Shown here in pieces: positions 58,237 to 64,000 of a DNA stretch of 64,000 nucleotides; the first letter of the stretch is position 1; every line of letters begins with the position of its first letter. The position numbers and the translations under genes were made by a program. The stretch covers positions 38,950-102,949 of the forward strand of contig JAZDHS010000022.1 of NCBI GenBank assembly GCA_043805735.1, read 5' to 3'. The notes under the pieces were generated by a model. It saw only the letters and a list, made by a program, of their open reading frames with translations, was not told the DNA's origin and made no database searches. This DNA is from Candidatus Omnitrophota bacterium (lineage in GTDB: Bacteria; Omnitrophota; Gorgyraeia; JAFGHF01).

Positions 58237-59234
58237 ATTTTTCTTCTATCGTTAATACAGGGTTCTAATACTAAAAGCACAAGAGCCAGGCCAAGAGGAA
58301 TCTGGAAGCGCTCAAAATAATATTTGCTCATCTCGGCTTTAATATCCCTTTTTTCCATTTTAGAGAGTTTTTCTTCGTAAATCAAGTCCAGGCCAAACTC
58401 GGCCCCGCTGGCGCGGACAAATGTGGCGTCGGTGGCGATAGCGATTTTCTGTAGGATCTCCTCATTCAGCCGCGATTTGACTACATTGCCGGAATTATCC
58501 TTAAGAAAGGCCTTTTTCCCGGCCTGATCCTCGACCTGGATTAAATCCCCTTCACTGGTACCGATACCGATACAAAAAATCTTAATCCCTTGTGCCTTGG
58601 CCTCTTCGGCTAAGCCTAAGGGGTCGCCCTCATGATCTTCCCCATCAGTAATAATTACTAACGCCTTATATTTTTTCGCCGGTCCTTCAAAACTCTTGAT
58701 TGCGCTACGGATAGCGCTGGCCAGCGACGTACCGCCGCGGGGGATAGTCGTAATATTTAAATCGTTTAAGGCCAGTAAGAATCCGTCATAGTCCACGGTT
58801 AAAGGGCACTGCAGATAGGCCGTACCGGCAAAAGCGATTAAACCCAGGCGGTCGCCCTTTAACTTGCGGATCAGGTCCTTGACTGCCAGTTTTGACCTTT
58901 CCAGCCGGTTAGGTTTTACGTCGGCAGCGAGCATGCTCTTGGACACATCAATGGCGATTAAAATATCCAGGCCTCTTCTTTTTACCTCATGCCACTGGAA
59001 TCCCCACTGCGGCTGCAATAATGCCGTAATGCTTAAGGCCAACGCGCCGACCAAAAATGCCGCCTTCCAAAACTGTTTTTTGGGATTGACCGCCTGCGTT
59101 AATTCCGGCAACAGCTCGCTAGAGGCAAAAGAACGCAGCCGCGCCTGTCTGGCCTTACTGGACCAAAACAGAAAAAGGATTAGTAAAATAACCAGCCAAA
59201 ATGCTGATATATATTCAGCGTGGGCAAATCTCAT
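58233..59234 (-). CDS. batB: BatB-like VWA protein
   Basis: DVSKSM MIDAS motif, FAG.A...PLT.D and ITDGEDH. Confidence 0.85.
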   Translation of the reverse strand: MRFAHAEYISAFWLVILLILFLFWSSKARQARLRSFASSELLPELTQAVNPKKQFWKAAFLVGALALSITALLQPQWGFQWHEVKRRGLDILIAIDVSKSMLAADVKPNRLERSKLAVKDLIRKLKGDRLGLIAFAGTAYLQCPLTVDYDGFLLALNDLNITTIPRGGTSLASAIRSAIKSFEGPAKKYKALVIITDGEDHEGDPLGLAEEAKAQGIKIFCIGIGTSEGDLIQVEDQAGKKAFLKDNSGNVVKSRLNEEILQKIAIATDATFVRASGAEFGLDLIYEEKLSKMEKRDIKAEMSKYYFERFQIPLGLALVLLVLEPCINDRRKI

Positions 59235-59235
59235 C

Positions 59236-60231
59236 TTAGGGTAACTTTCTTAATACAGTATGGGAAAGCACGATTTCGATGATCAATAAGGCTACTGCCG
59301 CCGCTAAAAAGCGGAAAAACAATTCTTCGAAGTCGGAAAAACCCTCTGCCTCTACCGAAGTTCTTTCCAGGGAATCGATCTGCTGGTAAATATCACGGAG
59401 TGATTCCGTATCCGTAGCCCGGTAATATTTGCCTTGGGTGGTTTGGGCAATCTGCTGCAGGGCATCCTCGTCAATCTCAATTTCAATATTTTGATAGAGC
59501 TTTCGGCCCAAGAGATCGACAGCGGGATAAGGTACCGCCCCCTTGGTCCCTACGCCGATAGTATAAATTTTAATCCCCAAGGCCTGCGCCGCTTCGGCGG
59601 CAGTCAGCGGCGAAATCCGGCCGACGTTATTGATTCCGTCAGTGAGTAAAATAATAATTTTCGACTTGGCGAGGCTATTTTTTAGCCGATTAACCGAGGA
59701 GCTGATTGCTGAACCAATGGCTGTCCCGTCTTCGATATTACCGATTTCTACCCGTTCCAAATTTTTAATCAACCAGTCATAATCCAATGTTAACGGGCAA
59801 ACCGTATAGGCCCGCGCGGCAAAGGCGATCATCCCGATGCGGTCGCTCTTACGCTGGCGAATAAACTCTTCGACTACCTCTTTGACTACAGCCAGGCGGT
59901 TACGGCGCAGATTGCCGATTTTAAAATCTTCAGCCAGCATGCTGCCCGAAGAATCCAGCGCCAAAACGATATCTACCCCTTCCGATTCCACTTTCGCTTC
60001 TTCAATCGGCAGTTGCGGCCGGGCCAAGGCCAGTAGAACCAGGCAAATCACGAAAAAACGGACCAGGATGAGATTGCGCGCCAATATTAACTTAAGCGTC
60101 GGCCGGGCGCCTATAATCAGCTCTTCGGAGGAAAAACGTAAGGAAGCCGAATCTTCTCTGCGGCGTAAAAAATAAAAGCCTACGCCAATAAAAAGAATGA
60201 GTAATAGAACCCAGGGGTCATAAAAAATCAT
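59236..60231 (-). CDS. batA: BatA-like VWA protein
   Basis: LALARPQ, DSSGSM, DGTAIG and LLTDG motifs. Confidence 0.87.
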   Translation of the reverse strand: MIFYDPWVLLLILFIGVGFYFLRRREDSASLRFSSEELIIGARPTLKLILARNLILVRFFVICLVLLALARPQLPIEEAKVESEGVDIVLALDSSGSMLAEDFKIGNLRRNRLAVVKEVVEEFIRQRKSDRIGMIAFAARAYTVCPLTLDYDWLIKNLERVEIGNIEDGTAIGSAISSSVNRLKNSLAKSKIIILLTDGINNVGRISPLTAAEAAQALGIKIYTIGVGTKGAVPYPAVDLLGRKLYQNIEIEIDEDALQQIAQTTQGKYYRATDTESLRDIYQQIDSLERTSVEAEGFSDFEELFFRFLAAAVALLIIEIVLSHTVLRKLP

Positions 60232-60767
60232 TTTTTCAGGGAATATTCTTTCTCTTCGCGCAACTGTTTCGTTTCATCAACAAAACGCTTGGCGGCTAAA
60301 AAGCTTTGTTCGACCTCTAAAAGTGTCGGGCCGTACTTGGCGAATTTAACCACGTCGCAGAGCGTCAAAAATTCCTTTAATAAATCTTTGTGCGCCTGGG
60401 AAAGGAAAGCGGAAAACCGTAAAGAAAAAAGAAACTCTTCCGTAGTCATCTCCGGCGCCCGTATTTCCAATTTATCTTCAATATAGCGGCGCACGATATC
60501 GGAAAGCTCGTAATAGTATTCCTTGATTTTTCCTTTCGCTGGCAGGTTCTTGGCCGCAAGCGCCGCTAACGCATCATAGGCAATCTGCTCCGGCGTTTTT
60601 GGCGGCTCAAGCGTATTCGACCGCGCGCTCAGGCGCTTCTTTATCAAACGCCCCAGCAGATAAAGCAATCCACTCACCAGGAGTATAGCCAGGGTAATAA
60701 TCAGCGGACGGTAATTGCTCAGAAAATAAAGCACCGGCTTGATATCGCGGATATCCTCGGCATTCAT
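60228..60767 (-). CDS. Bat-operon membrane protein (DUF4381-like)
   Basis: IRDIKP, one TM segment, EMTTEE and D.VKFA motifs; usual position between DUF58 and batA. Confidence 0.72.
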   Translation of the reverse strand: MNAEDIRDIKPVLYFLSNYRPLIITLAILLVSGLLYLLGRLIKKRLSARSNTLEPPKTPEQIAYDALAALAAKNLPAKGKIKEYYYELSDIVRRYIEDKLEIRAPEMTTEEFLFSLRFSAFLSQAHKDLLKEFLTLCDVVKFAKYGPTLLEVEQSFLAAKRFVDETKQLREEKEYSLKK

Positions 60768-61646
60768 TTAAGCGAATTTCCTTTCCCGCATCCGGAAAAA
60801 TTTAATCAGTTCTTTGACATAAGCGGTATCAGTACGGATATCGATATTATCGACATGCGCGGAAATAAATATTTTTTTGCGCTCATTACGCCTGTTTAAC
60901 GCCCCTTCCCGGTACTGCCGGCGAAAGGCGCGGTTACTGGTATCGACAAAAAAACTCGCCTGGGTCTCGGGATCCTGGAGCCTTACAATGCCGATGTCGG
61001 GAAGTTCCACTTCGCGGGGATCAGTGATGGTCACGCCGATAACATCATGCCTTCTATTAGCAATGGTCAGGCTTTTTTGAAAGCCCGAAGCGTAAAAATC
61101 AGAGATAACAAAGGCGATAGTCTTACGTTTAGTAACCCGGCTTAAATATTCTAAAGCCATCGGGATATCCGTTCCCACGCCACGCGGTGAATAATACAAG
61201 GCCTCCCTGATTACCCGCAATACATGGCGAACACCTTTACGCGGCGGCACAAATTTTTCGATCCGGTCGGTAAAAATAATCAGGCCAACCTTGTCGTTAT
61301 TCTGGATTGCCGAAAAGGCCAGCACCGAACAAAGCTCGGCGGCCAGTTGGCTCTTGAGCTGTTTAACGCTGCCAAAATGGCAGGACATCGAGGCATCCAA
61401 CAAAAGCATTACGGTAAGCTCCCTTTCCTCGACGAATTTTTTGACAAAGGGATGGCCCATGCGCGCGGTCACGTTCCAATCGATGGAACGGATTTCATCA
61501 CCGGGTGAATATTCGCGCACCTCGTAGAACTCCATACCCTGGCCTTTAAACACGCTCTGGTATTTTCCCGCGAAGACGTCGTTAACGATACGCGAGGTCG
61601 TGATCTGGATTTTACGAATCTTCTTTAAAATCTCTTTGGGAATCAT
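60768..61646 (-). CDS. DUF58 domain protein
   Basis: FKGQGMEF.EVREY.PGD, IDWNVTAR and EEREL motifs. Confidence 0.92.
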   Translation of the reverse strand: MIPKEILKKIRKIQITTSRIVNDVFAGKYQSVFKGQGMEFYEVREYSPGDEIRSIDWNVTARMGHPFVKKFVEERELTVMLLLDASMSCHFGSVKQLKSQLAAELCSVLAFSAIQNNDKVGLIIFTDRIEKFVPPRKGVRHVLRVIREALYYSPRGVGTDIPMALEYLSRVTKRKTIAFVISDFYASGFQKSLTIANRRHDVIGVTITDPREVELPDIGIVRLQDPETQASFFVDTSNRAFRRQYREGALNRRNERKKIFISAHVDNIDIRTDTAYVKELIKFFRMRERKFA

Positions 61647-62638
61647 TACGGGACTTCAATCTCCTCAAAGATTTTTTTAATGATATCCTCGGAGTTTTTC
61701 TCCTCGGCCTCGGCCTCGTAGCTGACAATGACACGATGGCGCAGCACATCCAAACCGATACTTTTGACATCCTGGGGCGTGACATAACCCCGGCCTTGCA
61801 CAAAGGCATAGGCCTTGGCCGCCAGGGTGAGATAAATACTGGCGCGAGGCGAGGCGCCGTATTTAATTAAGCCCGCCAATTCTTCGAGCTTATAGAGTTT
61901 CGGCTCGCGCGTGGCAAAGACGATATCGATAATATACTTTTTAATTTTATCGTCCATATATACCTCGTCAACCACTTTGCGCGCGCGCAGGATGTCCTCC
62001 GGGCCGACTACGTAGCTCGCCTGGATTTTCTTGTCCGTAAAACTCATCCGCTCTAAGATTGCCAACTCCTCCTCTTTATTCGGATAGGTAACATTGAGCT
62101 TGAGCATAAAACGGTCGATCTGGGCCTCGGGCAGCGGATAGGTCCCTTCCTGTTCAATCGGATTTTGTGTTGCCAACACCAAAAAAGGATCATCGAGTTT
62201 AAAGGTATTTTCCCCGATCGTAACCTGGCGTTCCTGCATTGCCTCTAAAAGCGCGCTCTGGACCTTAGCCGGCGCGCGGTTGATTTCATCGGCTAAGATA
62301 ATATTGGCGAAAATCGGCCCTTTCTTGGTGGTAAAGGCCCCGTCTTTGGGGTTATAGACCAAGGTACCAATCAGGTCGGCGGGTAAAAGGTCGGGCGTAA
62401 ACTGCAGGCGTTGAAACTTGGTTTTAATCGCCTGGGAAAGTACGCGCACGGATAGGGTCTTGGCCAATCCCGGTACGCCCTCAATCAAAATATGGCCGTT
62501 GGCCAAAAGCCCGACTAATAAACGCTCGATTAAATAATGCTGCCCGACAATAACCTTGGAAATCTCCATTTTCAAGGCCTCGATAAAGGCGCTTTCTTTT
62601 TTCACTCTTTCGTTAATTACCCCAATGCCCTCATTCAT
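61646..62638 (-). CDS. moxR: MoxR family AAA+ ATPase
   Basis: EGVPGLAKT, QFTPDLLPAD, DEINRA, ATQNPIEQEGTYPLPEAQ and GASPR motifs. Confidence 0.95.
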   Translation of the reverse strand: MNEGIGVINERVKKESAFIEALKMEISKVIVGQHYLIERLLVGLLANGHILIEGVPGLAKTLSVRVLSQAIKTKFQRLQFTPDLLPADLIGTLVYNPKDGAFTTKKGPIFANIILADEINRAPAKVQSALLEAMQERQVTIGENTFKLDDPFLVLATQNPIEQEGTYPLPEAQIDRFMLKLNVTYPNKEEELAILERMSFTDKKIQASYVVGPEDILRARKVVDEVYMDDKIKKYIIDIVFATREPKLYKLEELAGLIKYGASPRASIYLTLAAKAYAFVQGRGYVTPQDVKSIGLDVLRHRVIVSYEAEAEEKNSEDIIKKIFEEIEVP

Positions 62639-62647
62639 CGTTTCCTC

Positions 62648-63325
62648 CTATTCGGGAATGCGTTCTCCGCGCAAAATTGTGGCCAGCGGCTGGGAATCGA
62701 TCCTGATTCCTCCGTCATGCTCAATTTTGAGCGTATAAAGCGTTCCCGGAACGAACATTGTGCCCGGCGCCTCGATTTGCGCATTCTTAATACCAACGTG
62801 TTTGGCTTGTTTATAATCAAGCGCGTAGTTCCAAAATTTCTCCCATAATTTTTTCTCAAAAGGATGATCCAGGCCCGGGACTTTATAGCCCTGGGGGATT
62901 TCGTTGATTTTGGCGATGTCAAATTCGTGGGTGTTGGCGCCGTCAAGCATAAACACCTTCCAAAAAAGATAGGCGCTTTTGCCTTTGAGTGAATCACCCA
63001 GGCGCACATATAAATCATCAAAGCGGATGACCAGTGTCTGGAACTGAATGATATTGCCGGGGAAAGTAAAGTATTGAGGTGTTAGCGGCTGCTGCTGGGT
63101 ATCGAATTCCAGGAATTTGATCGTCGTAAACGCCTGGGCCGTTACCTCCTGGACACGGACATTAGTTACCAGCACCTCGGCGACGCGCGTATCGGCCTGC
63201 AGGCGCGCAATTACTTCTTTCAAAACGCGCTTTTCATTAATAAATTTTAAGATGTTTTGGTAAAGAAATACGCCGGCTAATACAATCAGTATTACCGTAA
63301 TCGCCGATCGCGCCCTATTTGCCAT
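62648..63325 (-). CDS. Hypothetical membrane-anchored protein
   Basis: 225-aa ORF with RBS and an N-terminal TM segment; no family recognised. Confidence 0.75.
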   Translation of the reverse strand: MANRARSAITVILIVLAGVFLYQNILKFINEKRVLKEVIARLQADTRVAEVLVTNVRVQEVTAQAFTTIKFLEFDTQQQPLTPQYFTFPGNIIQFQTLVIRFDDLYVRLGDSLKGKSAYLFWKVFMLDGANTHEFDIAKINEIPQGYKVPGLDHPFEKKLWEKFWNYALDYKQAKHVGIKNAQIEAPGTMFVPGTLYTLKIEHDGGIRIDSQPLATILRGERIPE

Positions 63326-63339
63326 TATGCACCTCTTTT

Positions 63340-63903
63340 TTAGCTGTTTAAATCATCGATATAAGTAAATTGATATCGTGTCTTGGATAGCTTATCAAAA
63401 AAAGTTTCTTCTTGAATATGCGCCGGCGAGGTATCGATCAGCTTGGAAAGGCCTTCCCAAAAACCAAACCATCCTAAAGGCATCAGGATAATTTCGGCGA
63501 TTTGAATTGTCAGCGGGCTTAAAAATTTGTAATAGGTGGCTAGCGCAAGAAAGCTTAAAGAGGCCACCCCCACGCCGACAAACATCGCGCCACGTACACG
63601 CGCGCGCACCAGGGCCTTTTTTTTCTGCAGCAGCAAATGGCGAAAGTGCCTTTTTAAATGTTCGGCGACCATGCGTTCAGACTCCTCGTCCTTAAGTGAA
63701 ATCGGCGCGTAAATCATCACCACGAAATCACCGGAACGCGTCTCCAGATAGCGTTTTTTGAGCTCCTCCACAAAGTCTCCGGAAATGGTCCGTTCTATTA
63801 ATGGCCGGGGGTCAAAATCGGAAAAGATATCATCCCAGGTATCGATCACTATGGCAATTTCTTTTAAGTCTCTTATTCTTTGCGTCCTTGTGTCTTTTTT
63901 CAT
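63340..63903 (-). CDS. Hypothetical membrane protein (2 TM)
   Basis: 187-aa ORF with GGAG RBS; DDIFSDFDPRP motif; no function assigned. Confidence 0.75.
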   Translation of the reverse strand: MKKDTRTQRIRDLKEIAIVIDTWDDIFSDFDPRPLIERTISGDFVEELKKRYLETRSGDFVVMIYAPISLKDEESERMVAEHLKRHFRHLLLQKKKALVRARVRGAMFVGVGVASLSFLALATYYKFLSPLTIQIAEIILMPLGWFGFWEGLSKLIDTSPAHIQEETFFDKLSKTRYQFTYIDDLNS

Positions 63904-63936
63904 GTCTCCATCCCTTCAATGACAATATAGAGCGTT

Positions 63937-63965
63937 ATTATACAACAAAAAGAACCTCCTCTCAA
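63937..63965 (-). promoter_or_regulatory. Sigma70 promoter heading the hypothetical-MoxR-Bat operon
   Basis: TTGAGA-17 nt-TATAAT. Confidence 0.65.
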
Positions 63966-64000
63966 GCGGAATAAACTTTGTGAATCCTAGTATTTAGTGT

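Overview
A bacterial chromosomal housekeeping region in which all 61 credible protein genes and 4 tRNA genes lie on the minus strand; the + strand ORFs are antisense shadows. In coordinate order it carries: an LPS/Kdo/heptose cluster (kdsB, HldE-kinase, three GT9 genes, a GT4 gene, a GT4-GT9 fusion, an LpxK-ELM1 fusion, waaA); xerC, topA, dprA; aroK, aroC, PilZ, pilD, aroE; leuA and ilvCNBD; alr, tsaB, tsaE, thiL, mtnA; metG, PSP1, holB, tmk, cysS, ispF, PIN-TRAM; ahcY, metK; a PTS/YvcK block; four tRNAs; M48 peptidase, TrpB2, ManC, cold-shock protein, GH57, an RF-1-domain protein and an FNT channel; and a MoxR-DUF58-Bat operon. The host is a diderm, possibly PVC group/Omnitrophota (inference only). 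No transposase, prophage or CRISPR array is visible. The notable content is in the gene junctions. Family A has 4 copies: an 89-128 bp element with 13-bp GC-rich terminal inverted repeats, flanked by TGAA direct repeats, and always inserted inside an overlapping stop/start junction. It rebuilds a GTG start for the downstream gene and carries in-frame mini-ORFs that could relay translational coupling across the insert. Family B has 4 copies: a 38-46 bp double-hairpin element with compensatory base changes and TAA flanks. One copy is an in-frame 15-codon insertion in thiL, and a tandem pair rewrote the C-terminus of an M48 peptidase.
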